NCBI GenBank assembly: GCA_039591485.1
Contig: JBDHDN010000002.1
Coordinates: 1-57,858, forward strand
Length of the DNA: 57,858 bases
Source: Gemmatimonadota bacterium
GTDB lineage: Bacteria > Gemmatimonadota > Gemmatimonadetes > Gemmatimonadales > GWC2-71-9
Direction of reading: 5' to 3'
The position numbers and the translations under genes were made by a program. The notes under the pieces were generated by a model. That model was given only the letters and a program-made list of their open reading frames with translations. It ran no database searches and was not told the origin of the DNA. This document shows, in pieces, positions 26,420-35,308 of this stretch (its first letter is position 1; every line of letters starts with the position of its first letter).

Positions 26420-27656
26420 GCCGCACGATCCCTCACCGCCGTCACGCGCCGTCCTCACCCTGCTGCTCCTTGCCTTCGCAGAGCTGCTGGGCATGTCCCT
26501 GTGGTTCTCGGCGAACGCCGTGTCGGACGAGTTTCGCAGTCTGTGGTCCCTGTCGGCCGGGCAGGCTGGCTGGCTCACGACCGTCGTCCAGCTCGGCTTC
26601 GTGGCGGGCACTGCGACAGCAGCCGTGCTCAACCTGGCGGACGTCGTCCCAGCGCGCCACTACTTTGCGGCGAGCGCTGCGCTCGGCGCCATCGTCAACG
26701 CGGCACTCGTTGTGGCACCGGGGTACGCAGCCGCACTGGCCCTGCGGTTCGCCACGGGCTTCTTCCTCGCGGGCGTCTACCCGCCGGGCATGAAGATGGC
26801 GGCCACCTGGTTCCGCAGAGGGCGGGGGTTGGCGATCGGGACCATCGTTGGTGCACTGACGGTTGGGAAGGCTGCACCCTATCTCATGAAGGCCTGGGTA
26901 CCCGGCGGAATCGCGTTCGTCGTGCTCTCCGTCTCCGCCGGCGCTTTCCTCGCAGCCCTTCTGATCCTCATCGGCTACCGCGACGGTCCGTATCCCTTCG
27001 CGCGGCGCCAGTTCTCGTGGCAACTCGTCGGCACCGTAGTGCGCCACCGAGAATGGCGCCTCGCCACCGGAGGCTACCTCGGGCACATGTGGGAGCTCTA
27101 CGCCTTTTGGACGTGGATTCCCGTGTTCCTCGCCGCGAGTGCCGCCGCAGGCGCACAGGACGTACGCGTCTCAGCGCTGAGTCTGGCGGCGTTTGCGGTG
27201 ATCGCGGCTGGAGGTATCGGCTGCATCTGGGGCGGATGGCTGGCCGATCGCATAGGCTACGACCGGCTCGTGATCCGCGCCCTCGTGGCGAGCGGCGCAT
27301 GCAGCCTGCTCGCCGGCATCGTCTTCGGGGGTGACTTCCGGGGCCTGCTCGCACTGGCATTGCTCTGGGGCTTCTTCGTCGTCGCCGACTCGGCGCAGTT
27401 CTCGGCAATGATCACCGAGGTCGTCCCACAGCACGCCGTCGGCACCGCGCTCACGCTACAGACGTCATTCGGATTCCTGCTCACGATGCTCACGATCCAG
27501 CTCGTTCCGGCGATCGCAGGTGCGGGGTCGTGGCGCTGGGCATTCGTCCTGCTCGCTCTCGGCCCTGCCGCCGGCATCTGGTCGATCCGGCGACTCCAGC
27601 TGGCCGGACGAACGTGGCGGCGTAGCGGCGGCGCGGTCGGAAGGGAAGCGGCGTGA
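26412..27656 (+). CDS. MFS transporter
   Basis: 12-TM-like pattern, loop motif GWLADRIGYDR. GTG 26412 (alternative TTG 26385). Confidence 0.85.
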   Translation: MVEPHDPSPPSRAVLTLLLLAFAELLGMSLWFSANAVSDEFRSLWSLSAGQAGWLTTVVQLGFVAGTATAAVLNLADVVPARHYFAASAALGAIVNAALVVAPGYAAALALRFATGFFLAGVYPPGMKMAATWFRRGRGLAIGTIVGALTVGKAAPYLMKAWVPGGIAFVVLSVSAGAFLAALLILIGYRDGPYPFARRQFSWQLVGTVVRHREWRLATGGYLGHMWELYAFWTWIPVFLAASAAAGAQDVRVSALSLAAFAVIAAGGIGCIWGGWLADRIGYDRLVIRALVASGACSLLAGIVFGGDFRGLLALALLWGFFVVADSAQFSAMITEVVPQHAVGTALTLQTSFGFLLTMLTIQLVPAIAGAGSWRWAFVLLALGPAAGIWSIRRLQLAGRTWRRSGGAVGREAA

Positions 27657-28024
27657 CGGGTGGCATGTGGCACACCGTGGCAGGGGGCCGATGCCCGGCG
27701 TGCGGCTCCGGCCGCCTATTCCGCGGCTGGCTCGTGCTGTACGGGGAGTGCAGCGCGTGCGGCGTCCGCTTCGACCGCTACGCGGGCAACTGGCTTGGCC
27801 CGACGGTGATGGCATACGGTGTGGGCGGGCTCGCCGCACTGTCGTCGGGCCTGATGCTCGTATCGCGGTTCGGGTTCTTCCCGTGGCTGGCGCCCGTCCT
27901 CGTCGCCGTGGCGGCGACTGCCGCGCTCGCGGCGCTGCGTCCGCTCAAGGCATGGTGGATCTGGCTGCTCTGGCGCAGCGGTCTCGTCCTGGACGACGAT
28001 GCGGTCGCTGCCGATCGGGAGTGA
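27653..28024 (+). CDS. DUF983 domain membrane protein
   Basis: GRCPACGSGRLF...CSACG zinc-ribbon followed by two TM helices. GTGA overlap with the MFS stop. Confidence 0.8.
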   Translation: MTGGMWHTVAGGRCPACGSGRLFRGWLVLYGECSACGVRFDRYAGNWLGPTVMAYGVGGLAALSSGLMLVSRFGFFPWLAPVLVAVAATAALAALRPLKAWWIWLLWRSGLVLDDDAVAADRE

Positions 28025-28073
28025 CGCCTCTCCTCGTCACTCCGCGATCGGCCCGCTGGATACCGGAGGGTTG

Positions 28074-28748
28074 CTACTTCCCCATCATGCCCAGCACTTC
28101 CGTCCTCAGCGCGCGGTCGTGGGCCAACGCCCCGCGGAACGCCGTCGTCACCATCTCTGCTTCATCCTTGCAGGCGCCCCTGAGCTGCAGGCAGGAGTGC
28201 TCGGCTTCGATCAAGACCGCGACGCCGCGCGGGTCGAGGTGCTGTACCAGCGCGTCGGCAATCTGGCTCGTCAACCGCTCTTGAAGCTGCGGACGCCGCG
28301 AAAAGACATCGACGGTTCGCGCAAGCTTCGATAGGCCAGTGACCTTCCCATGGTTCGGCAAGTACGCCACGTAGGCTCGGCCCGTGAACGGCAGCAGGTG
28401 GTGCTCACACATGCTGCTGAATGGGATGCCCCGCAGCATCACGACGTCGTCTCCAGCATGATCCTGGTCGAACTGTCCTGCGAGATGCACTCCGGCATCC
28501 TGGCGCATGCCGGCAAACAGCTCGCCGTAGGCCCGGGCGACCCGCGCAGGGGTGTCGAGCAACCCCTCCCGGTCTGGATCCTCACCGATTGCGGCCAGGA
28601 TCTCTCGCACCGCCCGCTGAATCCTGATTTCATCCACGCGAGACTGCTCGAGGTGCTCCGGCTCGGGAGCGGCTTGGTATCGCCGTCCGGTGCGCCGCGC
28701 CTCACCGGCACGCGACACGACCTCGATGAGTTCCAATTCTGCTCGCAT
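28074..28748 (-). CDS. folE: GTP cyclohydrolase I
   Basis: [13 protein letters not shown]..., [26 protein letters not shown] motifs. Start at 28748 with GGGGAG RBS. Confidence 0.95.
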   Translation of the reverse strand: MRAELELIEVVSRAGEARRTGRRYQAAPEPEHLEQSRVDEIRIQRAVREILAAIGEDPDREGLLDTPARVARAYGELFAGMRQDAGVHLAGQFDQDHAGDDVVMLRGIPFSSMCEHHLLPFTGRAYVAYLPNHGKVTGLSKLARTVDVFSRRPQLQERLTSQIADALVQHLDPRGVAVLIEAEHSCLQLRGACKDEAEMVTTAFRGALAHDRALRTEVLGMMGK

Positions 28749-28794
28749 TACAGTCTCCCCTGCGGATTGACGCGCCTTGGACGACGCCGAAGCC

Positions 28795-28823
28795 ACGATA
28801 CCCGCCTGGCGCTCTGTTGTCAA
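28795..28823 (-). promoter_or_regulatory. near-consensus sigma70-type promoter of folE
   Basis: On the minus strand: TTGACA (28823-28818), 17-nt spacer, TATCGT (28800-28795). AT-rich UP-like tract at 28825-28860. Predicted leader about 45 nt. Confidence 0.5.
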
Positions 28824-28899
28824 GGTAATGTCTAGGACAATAATCAAACGACACTTATAGCTGAAGCGTGCGAGGACCTCTGACAGGCGAAGGTCGGGC

Positions 28900-29150
28900 A
28901 ATGCCGCCCCGACGGGCGAGGTCCTGGAGTCGAACCTCGCACTGTTCCCGAACGCTCTCGAGGGACTCGACGACGCGGCCTCCGCTTAGCCGCTGGGGAA
29001 GTCGCGTCGGCTGCGCACCACTTTCCGGTCCGCGGCCGTAAGCTCCGTCGTGCGATGACCTTCTTGCTGCACCACGGGTCGTATCACCTCGGCCAGATTG
29101 GCTTACTGCGAGTTCCCGTCGGTACGGGACCCCGGGTCGAGGCGCCATGA
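28900..29150 (+). pseudogene. DinB-family gene remnant (C-terminal half, stop plus frameshift)
   Basis: Frame 1 gives ...[23 protein letters not shown] then TAG (28987-28989). Frame 0 gives ...MTFLLHHGSYHLGQIGLLRV... ending at TGA 29148-29150. HxxYHxGQI is the DinB C-terminal signature. Confidence 0.4.
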
Positions 29151-29254
29151 GTCCGTCGGCGGGGTTTGCGACCGTTCCCGGGCTCCGACTAACTTCCCTG
29201 TCCTTTCGAGGCGCACACGGGTTCCCGTGGACATGGAGGAAGGTGTTGCAGGAG

Positions 29255-29653
29255 ATGCGTCGGCTCATCATCTCGGTCGTCACGCTCGCCGTCGGGCTCG
29301 CGGTCACCGCTTGCATCGGCGAGACGAGCGAGCATGCGACGATCACACCCGCCGACTTGATGAACCGCCTCAACGGCGAGCGTCCACCGGTGGTGCTCGA
29401 CGTGCGCAGTCCAGACGAGTACCGCATGGGTCACGTACCGGGAGCCATCAACATCCCGCATCGCCAAGTCGGCGCGCGGCTCGACGAGCTGACCGAGGCA
29501 AAGCAGCGCGCGCTCGTGGTCTACTGCGAAGGCGGACCGCGCACCGAATACGCGGAATCGGTACTGCGGCAGGCGGGTTTCGAGCAGGTGTACCATCTCG
29601 AAGGCGACATGGGCGCCTGGCGGATGAACCGGTTGCCGGTGGAGACGCGCTGA
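29255..29653 (+). CDS. rhodanese-like domain lipoprotein
   Basis: Signal plus lipobox MRRLIISVVTLAVGLAVTAC. VVLDVRSPDEYRMGHVPGAINIP, active-site loop VVYCEGGPR. Confidence 0.85.
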   Translation: MRRLIISVVTLAVGLAVTACIGETSEHATITPADLMNRLNGERPPVVLDVRSPDEYRMGHVPGAINIPHRQVGARLDELTEAKQRALVVYCEGGPRTEYAESVLRQAGFEQVYHLEGDMGAWRMNRLPVETR

Positions 29654-30033
29654 CACGGATTCCGACCGCTGGCAGCGAGCGTGCGCGACGATCGACGCGC
29701 TTCGAATCCGACTCCCGCTGGCAGCGCGTCTATGCAGCCGTGCGTCGGATTCCCCGCGGACGTGTGGCGACGTACGGCCAGGTTGCCGAGCTGGCCGGAC
29801 TTGCCGGGATGGCACGCCAGGTCGGCTACGCTCTGCACGCCCTCCCCGAAGGCTCCACCGTGCCGTGGCACCGCGTGGTGAACGCGCGCGGGTTCATCAG
29901 TGTGCGGCGAGCGGCTGACGGGTGCGATGTCGAACAGCGTTTCAGGCTGGAGCGTGAGGGCGTCACGTTCAATGACGCGGGCCGGCTTTCGCTCGAGCAG
30001 TTTCGCTGGCGCCCGGATGGCGACCACTCCTGA
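29650..30033 (+). CDS. alkyltransferase-like (ATL/YbaZ) MGMT-family DNA-binding protein
   Basis: VRRIPRGRVATYGQVAEL... and PWHRVV (Trp replaces the Cys of PCHR). No ATG or GTG upstream of the conserved N-terminus. CTG 29650 overlaps the rhodanese TGA, so the start is uncertain. Confidence 0.7.
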   Translation: MTRIPTAGSERARRSTRFESDSRWQRVYAAVRRIPRGRVATYGQVAELAGLAGMARQVGYALHALPEGSTVPWHRVVNARGFISVRRAADGCDVEQRFRLEREGVTFNDAGRLSLEQFRWRPDGDHS

Positions 30034-30109
30034 GACTGCTATCTTCTCTCTTCCAGGCCCGGAGCGCTGAGTTACCGCACCTGCATCGGATCCACCTTCT
30101 GCGGATCGC

Positions 30110-30619
30110 ATGACCGAACAGTCCTTACACGTCGTATTCGAACCGCTGCACGACGACGTCGCACCGCCGGAGCGGCACACGGCGGCATCCGCGGGTTTCG
30201 ACGTGCGTGCGTACTTGCGCGGCAGGGCGGTGCGCGTCGTGCTCGGGGCGACGGGTGAGGAGTGTACCGTGCGCACGAACGGCTCATTGCGTCTCGAGCC
30301 TGGCGACGTGGCGCTGGTCCCGACGGGCTTCCGCGCACAACTGCCTGCGGGTCACGAGGCCCAGATCCGCATGCGGTCATCCATGGCGTTCCGGCGGGGC
30401 CTGGTCCTGCCGAACGCACCGGGCACGATCGATGCCGACTACCCGGACGAGTGGCTCGTCATGACCAAGAACGACTCGCCCCGTGCGGTCGTCCTCGAGC
30501 ACGGCGAGCGCGTGGCTCAGGTGGTGGTGGTGCGGGTCGCCGCGCCGCGGTGGGTGCAGGGGGAGGTCGGCCGGTCGACCGACCGCGTCGGCGGGCTTGG
30601 CAGCACCGGAGCTGCATGA
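30110..30619 (+). CDS. dut: dUTP diphosphatase
   Basis: SAGFDVRA, RSSMAFRRGLVLPNAPGTIDADY, C-terminal RVGGLGSTG. Confidence 0.9.
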   Translation: MTEQSLHVVFEPLHDDVAPPERHTAASAGFDVRAYLRGRAVRVVLGATGEECTVRTNGSLRLEPGDVALVPTGFRAQLPAGHEAQIRMRSSMAFRRGLVLPNAPGTIDADYPDEWLVMTKNDSPRAVVLEHGERVAQVVVVRVAAPRWVQGEVGRSTDRVGGLGSTGAA

Positions 30620-30636
30620 GCGCCGGGGGAGGACGC

Positions 30637-31287
30637 ATGCCTGAGAAGGTCCGCACGTACGAGAGCCCTGCCATCCGGATCGTCTACGACCCGGTCCGCT
30701 GCATCCATGCTGCCGAGTGCGTGCGGGGGCTGTCTGCCGTATTCGATCCCGATCAGCGGCCCTGGATCGATCCGTCGAAGGCCGCGGCAGACGACATCGC
30801 CGCCGTGATATCTCGTTGCCCGACGGGCGCACTGGCATACGAGCGCCTCGAGGCGGCGGCCCGCCCCGAGCCAACGCCATCCGCCAATCTGGTCACCGTC
30901 TCGGCTGACGGGCCCCTCTTCTTGCGAGGCCGGGTCATCGTCAAGAGGGCGGACGGCACGACGGGTGAGGAATTGCGTCTCGCGCTGTGTCGCTGTGGCG
31001 CCTCCACCAACAAGCCGCTCTGCGACGGCGGGCATCACGCGAGGGGGTTCACCGATCCGGGTGCCGTCGTCAGGCGAGGAGCGTCGGGATTCGCGCCCGA
31101 TGGCGCCCTCGAGGTCACACCGCAGACCAACGGGCCAACCCTCGTGCGCGGTCACTTCACACTGGTCGATGGGCGGGGCGCGGATCGGGGAGTGTTCGAG
31201 AAGGCCGCATTCTGCCGCTGCGGGGCATCCAACACCAAGCCATTCTGCGACGGCTCGCACGTCGCAGTCGGCTTCGTTGCGGACTGA
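30637..31287 (+). CDS. DUF1271 (ferredoxin-like) plus tandem CDGSH iron-sulfur domain protein
   Basis: N-terminus IVYDPVRCIHAAECV. Two CDGSH-type motifs (CRCGASTNKPLCDGGH, CRCGASNTKPFCDGSH). GGGGGAGGA RBS. Confidence 0.85.
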   Translation: MPEKVRTYESPAIRIVYDPVRCIHAAECVRGLSAVFDPDQRPWIDPSKAAADDIAAVISRCPTGALAYERLEAAARPEPTPSANLVTVSADGPLFLRGRVIVKRADGTTGEELRLALCRCGASTNKPLCDGGHHARGFTDPGAVVRRGASGFAPDGALEVTPQTNGPTLVRGHFTLVDGRGADRGVFEKAAFCRCGASNTKPFCDGSHVAVGFVAD

Positions 31288-31289
31288 GG

Positions 31290-31922
31290 ATGGCCACGGC
31301 GATGTCCGGGGGCTCCGAATGGGATGCGCGCTACGGCAAGCCTGGCTACGCCTATGGGATCGAGCCGAACGGATTCCTCCGCTCGGTAGTCGACAGGATC
31401 CCCCGCGGTCGCATCCTGAGTCTTGGCGAAGGGGAGGGACGCAACGCGGCTTTTCTCGCCCAGCACGGTTTCGACGTGTTGGGAATCGATGCGTCGAAGG
31501 TCGGGCTCACCAAGGCGCAGGCACTCGCCGCAGAGTGTGGGGTGCGAATCCGCACCGAGGTCACGGACATCCGGACCCACCCCATCGATCCCGGCTCCTG
31601 GGATGGCATCATCTCCATCTTCTGCCACTTGCCGGAGGACGACCGACACGATCTCCACCGTCGGGTCGTAGCCGGCCTCCGGCCGGGTGGCGTCTTCATT
31701 CTCGAGGCCTACACGCCGAAGCAACTCGAGTATCGCACGGGTGGACCTCCCGTGCGCGAGTTACTCGTGAGCCTCGGTGAGTTGCGGGCTGAGCTCGAGG
31801 GACTCCGCTTCGAGATCGCGCGGGAGGTCGAGCGCGAAGTGCACGAAGGTCGGCTGCACGTGGGCTTCGGCGCCGTCGTGCAGGTGCTGGCCGTCAAGCC
31901 AGAGGGCGAGACACACGCGTGA
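31290..31922 (+). CDS. class I SAM-dependent methyltransferase (TehB/TPMT-like)
   Basis: WDARY..., ILSLGEGEGRNAAFLA, VLGIDAS, LRPGGVFILE. Confidence 0.8.
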   Translation: MATAMSGGSEWDARYGKPGYAYGIEPNGFLRSVVDRIPRGRILSLGEGEGRNAAFLAQHGFDVLGIDASKVGLTKAQALAAECGVRIRTEVTDIRTHPIDPGSWDGIISIFCHLPEDDRHDLHRRVVAGLRPGGVFILEAYTPKQLEYRTGGPPVRELLVSLGELRAELEGLRFEIAREVEREVHEGRLHVGFGAVVQVLAVKPEGETHA

Positions 31923-32896
31923 GCGTGACGCGGGCAGTCATCGTTCTTGTTCCACTCGCTGCCGCCGTCGGCAGCTGTACGGGCGAGCGCGGGGGTGCGG
32001 TATCCGAGTCGCTCACCTGGACCGCAATCGATACCCTCAATGCCGCACTGCCGCCGGGCGTGGAGGTGTACGCCGGACGCAGTGCCACCATGCCGTTGCG
32101 TGCCTGGTACGCACGCATCGAGGAGCGCAGTCCGGACATCGAGACGCACGTTGTACTCTCCGACGACTCGACTGACCGCAGGGAGACTGTCAGCAGTTTC
32201 GCCGAGATGCCCCACGCCTGTCTGGCGGTGAATGCCGGCTACTTCGCGATGAACCTGACGCCCGCCATGCACGCCGGCCTGCTGTACATCGACCGCACGA
32301 TCCGGGCACCGGCAACCCGGACGGTCACACGCGACCGCACGTCCTATCCCGTCGCTCGCGCCGCCATTGGGTTCACGGACGATGATCGCATCGAGCTGGC
32401 TTGGGCGACCACCCGGCACGACAGCCTGTTCGCCTTGTCGGCGCCCCCGCCGCACGTGCCCGGCGCTCCGGCCGAGCTGCCGAGCTCGACTGACTCGCTA
32501 TGGGGGGTCCGCGACGCAGTGAGCGCCGGTCCGATGCTGTTGTGGCAGGGGACGGTGCGGATCACCGCAGCCGAAGAGGTCTTCTTCGGTAGCGCGATTC
32601 CAAACGTGCACCCCCGAACGGCCGCCGGCCGGACCGCGGACGGGCATCTCATCGTACTCGTGGTGGACGGCCGCCAGCCGGAGAGCCGTGGCGTGGATCT
32701 CGTCGAGTTGGCCGTCATCATGCGGGATCTCGGCGCCGTCGACGCGCTCAACCTCGACGGTGGAGGCTCGTCAGCCCTCGTGGTCGGCGGTGTGCCGCTG
32801 AACCGACCGTCAGGCCGAACGGAGCAGCGCGAGGTGATGTCGGCACTGGTAACCTACTGTCACCCCGCGGCACCCACCGTGCGGGCCATACCGTGA
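31919..32896 (+). CDS. phosphodiester glycosidase (DUF2233) family lipoprotein
   Basis: Lipobox LAAAVGSC. ...AVNAGYF..., HPRTAAGRTADGHLIVLVVDGRQ, ALNLDGGGSS. GTGA overlap with the upstream stop. Confidence 0.75.
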   Translation: MSVTRAVIVLVPLAAAVGSCTGERGGAVSESLTWTAIDTLNAALPPGVEVYAGRSATMPLRAWYARIEERSPDIETHVVLSDDSTDRRETVSSFAEMPHACLAVNAGYFAMNLTPAMHAGLLYIDRTIRAPATRTVTRDRTSYPVARAAIGFTDDDRIELAWATTRHDSLFALSAPPPHVPGAPAELPSSTDSLWGVRDAVSAGPMLLWQGTVRITAAEEVFFGSAIPNVHPRTAAGRTADGHLIVLVVDGRQPESRGVDLVELAVIMRDLGAVDALNLDGGGSSALVVGGVPLNRPSGRTEQREVMSALVTYCHPAAPTVRAIP

Positions 32897-34338
32897 CCGA
32901 CGACCAGCCCATGCACATGAGCCCCGACGAGTTTCGTCGGGCGGGCGCTGCGATACTCGAGTGGGTGGCACGCTACTTCGAGCAGATCGAGGACTACCCG
33001 GTGTTGTCGCGCAGCGAGCCGGGCGAGATCCGGCGCAAGCTGCCCGATGCGGCGCCACTTGCGGGTGAACCGTGGGAACAGATCATCGCAGACCTCGACC
33101 GCATCGTCGTTCCCGGACTCACGCACTGGCAGTCACCGAGCTTCTTCGCCTACTTCCCAGCCAACGCGTCCCCTCCGGCCATCCTCGGAGATCTCGTCTC
33201 TGCCGGCCTCGGCGTGCAGGGCATGCTGTGGACCTCGAGTCCCTCGTGCACGGAGCTCGAGGCGCACGTGCTCGATTGGCTCGTCGACATGCTGCACCTG
33301 CCGCCCTCGTTCAAGTCCACGGCCAGAGGCGGCGGCGTGATCCAGGATACGGCGTCGTCCGCGACGCTGTGCGCGCTGCTCGCCGCTCGCGAGCGTGCTT
33401 CCGGATACGCAGTCAATGAGTCCGGCGTTGATCGACGCTTGATCGTGTACGGCTCAGCACAGGCCCACTCCTCCCTCGAGAAGGCCGTGGCCGTCGCTGG
33501 GATCGGCCGGCAGAACCTCCGGTTGATCGACACTGACGAGCGCTTCGCCATGCGCCCGGACCGGCTGGCTGACGCCATCGCCACGGATGCTGCGGCCGGC
33601 TCCACCCCCTGTATGGTGTGCGCGACGGTCGGCACGACCTCGTCGACTGCCGTCGACCCGGTCGGGGCCATTGGAACGATCTGCCGTGAGCAGGGCGTAT
33701 GGCTGCACGTCGATGCGGCGCTGGCCGGCAGCGCAGCCGTCTGCCCGGAATTCCACTGGCTCCACGATGGCGTGGATCAGGCGGACAGTTACTGCTTCAA
33801 CCCGCACAAGTGGCTGCTCACGAACTTCGATTGTGACTGCTTCTACGTCGCCGACCGTGCCGCCTTGATCCGTACGCTGTCAGTGCTGCCGGAGTACCTG
33901 CGCAACAAGGCCACGGAATCCGGAGCGGTATTCGACTACCGTGACTGGCACGTGCCACTCGGAAGGAGGTTCCGGTCACTCAAGCTCTGGTTCGTGATCC
34001 GACACTACGGCATCGAGGGGCTCAGGCGACACATTCGGCGGCACGTCGCATTGGCCAGAGCGTTCGCCGAGTGGGTGGAGGCCGACGCGGAGTTCGAGAT
34101 CGTGGCGCCCGCGCCCCTCAACCTCGTCTGTTTCCGGCACCGTGGGAGCGATGCGTTCAACCGACGGCTGCTCGAAGCGGTGAACGCGTCGGGATCGGTC
34201 TTCCTCACTCACACCATGCTCGCCGACCGCTTCGCGCTCCGCCTCGCGACCGGAGGAACGTATACCGAGCGACGGCACGTCGAGCGCGCATGGCATCTCC
34301 TACGCACCAGCGCCGCGGCGCTGCAGGCTGGAGACTGA
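32893..34338 (+). CDS. aromatic-L-amino-acid (DOPA/tyrosine/tryptophan-type) decarboxylase, group II PLP enzyme
   Basis: HWQSPSFFAYFPA, TSSPSCTELE, PLP-Lys motif NPHKWLLTNFDCDCFYV. GTGA overlap with the upstream stop. Confidence 0.9.
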   Translation: MTDDQPMHMSPDEFRRAGAAILEWVARYFEQIEDYPVLSRSEPGEIRRKLPDAAPLAGEPWEQIIADLDRIVVPGLTHWQSPSFFAYFPANASPPAILGDLVSAGLGVQGMLWTSSPSCTELEAHVLDWLVDMLHLPPSFKSTARGGGVIQDTASSATLCALLAARERASGYAVNESGVDRRLIVYGSAQAHSSLEKAVAVAGIGRQNLRLIDTDERFAMRPDRLADAIATDAAAGSTPCMVCATVGTTSSTAVDPVGAIGTICREQGVWLHVDAALAGSAAVCPEFHWLHDGVDQADSYCFNPHKWLLTNFDCDCFYVADRAALIRTLSVLPEYLRNKATESGAVFDYRDWHVPLGRRFRSLKLWFVIRHYGIEGLRRHIRRHVALARAFAEWVEADAEFEIVAPAPLNLVCFRHRGSDAFNRRLLEAVNASGSVFLTHTMLADRFALRLATGGTYTERRHVERAWHLLRTSAAALQAGD

Positions 34339-34345
34339 GGCCATC

Positions 34346-34747
34346 GTGCTACTCGATCGGATCGGCGGTACCCCCCGACTCTACCGGTGGCTCCTGGTCC
34401 TCGGGGCTGTCGTCCTGGCAAGCCCGTTCCTGCTCACGGCGAGCGCCCGTGGCACGGTCGCATCCTATCAAGAGTGGACCACGTCACTCACCCGGGCCGT
34501 AGACTCGCTGAGCGTCCTCACCCGCGACGCGGAGGCTGTCGGCGACCCGGCCCTTCCCCAGTACGATGCGGCGCTGGCGGACCAAACGGCCGAGCTGGAT
34601 CGTGCCGTGCAGCGGCTCGACCGCGCGCGGCGACGCGCCCGGGACGTGTGGCACCCGACCGGAAAGGGCCCTCTCCTCCTCGCCGCCGGTGCTGGCCTGT
34701 TGCTCCTCGGTTTGCGATTGCGACGGTTCGAGCACTACGGGGATTGA
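34346..34747 (+). CDS. hypothetical membrane protein
   Basis: N- and C-terminal TM helices flanking a helical segment. GTG start 7 nt after the decarboxylase stop. Confidence 0.5.
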   Translation: MLLDRIGGTPRLYRWLLVLGAVVLASPFLLTASARGTVASYQEWTTSLTRAVDSLSVLTRDAEAVGDPALPQYDAALADQTAELDRAVQRLDRARRRARDVWHPTGKGPLLLAAGAGLLLLGLRLRRFEHYGD

Positions 34748-35295
34748 TGATCGACAGGAGCGCATCCGTCATGGCCATCACGCTGTCCGAAGCCGTCACC
34801 ATCCTCCACCGTACCCCGCACACGCTCGACGCACTCCTGCGTGGTCTGCCGCCGGCCTGGGCGCACGCCACCGAGGGCGGAGACACCTGGAGCGCGTTCG
34901 ACGTCGTAGGCCATCTCATCCATGGAGAGCGCACCGACTGGATTCCGCGTGCACAGATCATCTTGCAGCACGGCGAGCGACAGCCCTTCGAGCCCTTCGA
35001 CCGATTTGCGCAGCGCGAAGCGTCGAAAGGCCACTCGCTGGACGATCTCCTGACCCAGTTCCGCGAGCTGCGCGACGCGAGCCTCGCGACACTGGAGGGA
35101 TGGCAGCTCGGCGAGACCGACCTGTCGCGCACCGGAACCCATCCGGAATTCGGGTGCGTCACGCTCGGACAACTCATCGCGACGTGGACGGTGCACGACC
35201 TCGGCCACATCGGTCAGATCGTCCGCACGATGGCACGACGGTACGACGCCGAGGTCGGACCGTGGAAGCAGTATCTCAGGATTCTCCCGGCGTGA
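34747..35295 (+). CDS. DinB family protein
   Basis: ...FDVVGHLIHGE..., TVHDLGHIGQIVRTM. ATG overlaps the upstream TGA (TGATG). Confidence 0.85.
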   Translation: MIDRSASVMAITLSEAVTILHRTPHTLDALLRGLPPAWAHATEGGDTWSAFDVVGHLIHGERTDWIPRAQIILQHGERQPFEPFDRFAQREASKGHSLDDLLTQFRELRDASLATLEGWQLGETDLSRTGTHPEFGCVTLGQLIATWTVHDLGHIGQIVRTMARRYDAEVGPWKQYLRILPA

Positions 35296-35308
35296 CCCCG
35301 ACAGGGCG

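Noticed and set aside
28749-28800. Possible THF/folE-motif riboswitch in the folE leader
   Set aside because: With the predicted promoter (TTGACA-17-TATCGT) the leader is only about 45 nt. It lacks a convincing extended hairpin and is too short for the known aptamers, as far as I can judge by eye.
28921-28945. Reverse-complement T-arm-like motif ggagtcgaacctcgc suggesting a minus-strand tRNA
   Set aside because: Folding gives a 6-bp stem with a 13-nt loop, not a T-arm, and no cloverleaf is possible. The segment is better explained as part of the degraded DinB coding remnant.
28855-29427. 190-aa minus-strand ORF spanning the folE-rhodanese spacer
   Set aside because: It is Arg/Gly/Pro-rich and overlaps the well-supported rhodanese gene on the opposite strand. 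The plus strand of the same DNA carries the DinB signature. It is treated as a shadow ORF.
29255-30033. Programmed -1 frameshift fusing rhodanese and the ATL protein
   Set aside because: The ATL frame is open across the rhodanese gene, but there is no slippery X_XXY_YYZ heptamer or downstream structure near 29620-29653. A non-canonical or reinitiation start is the simpler explanation.
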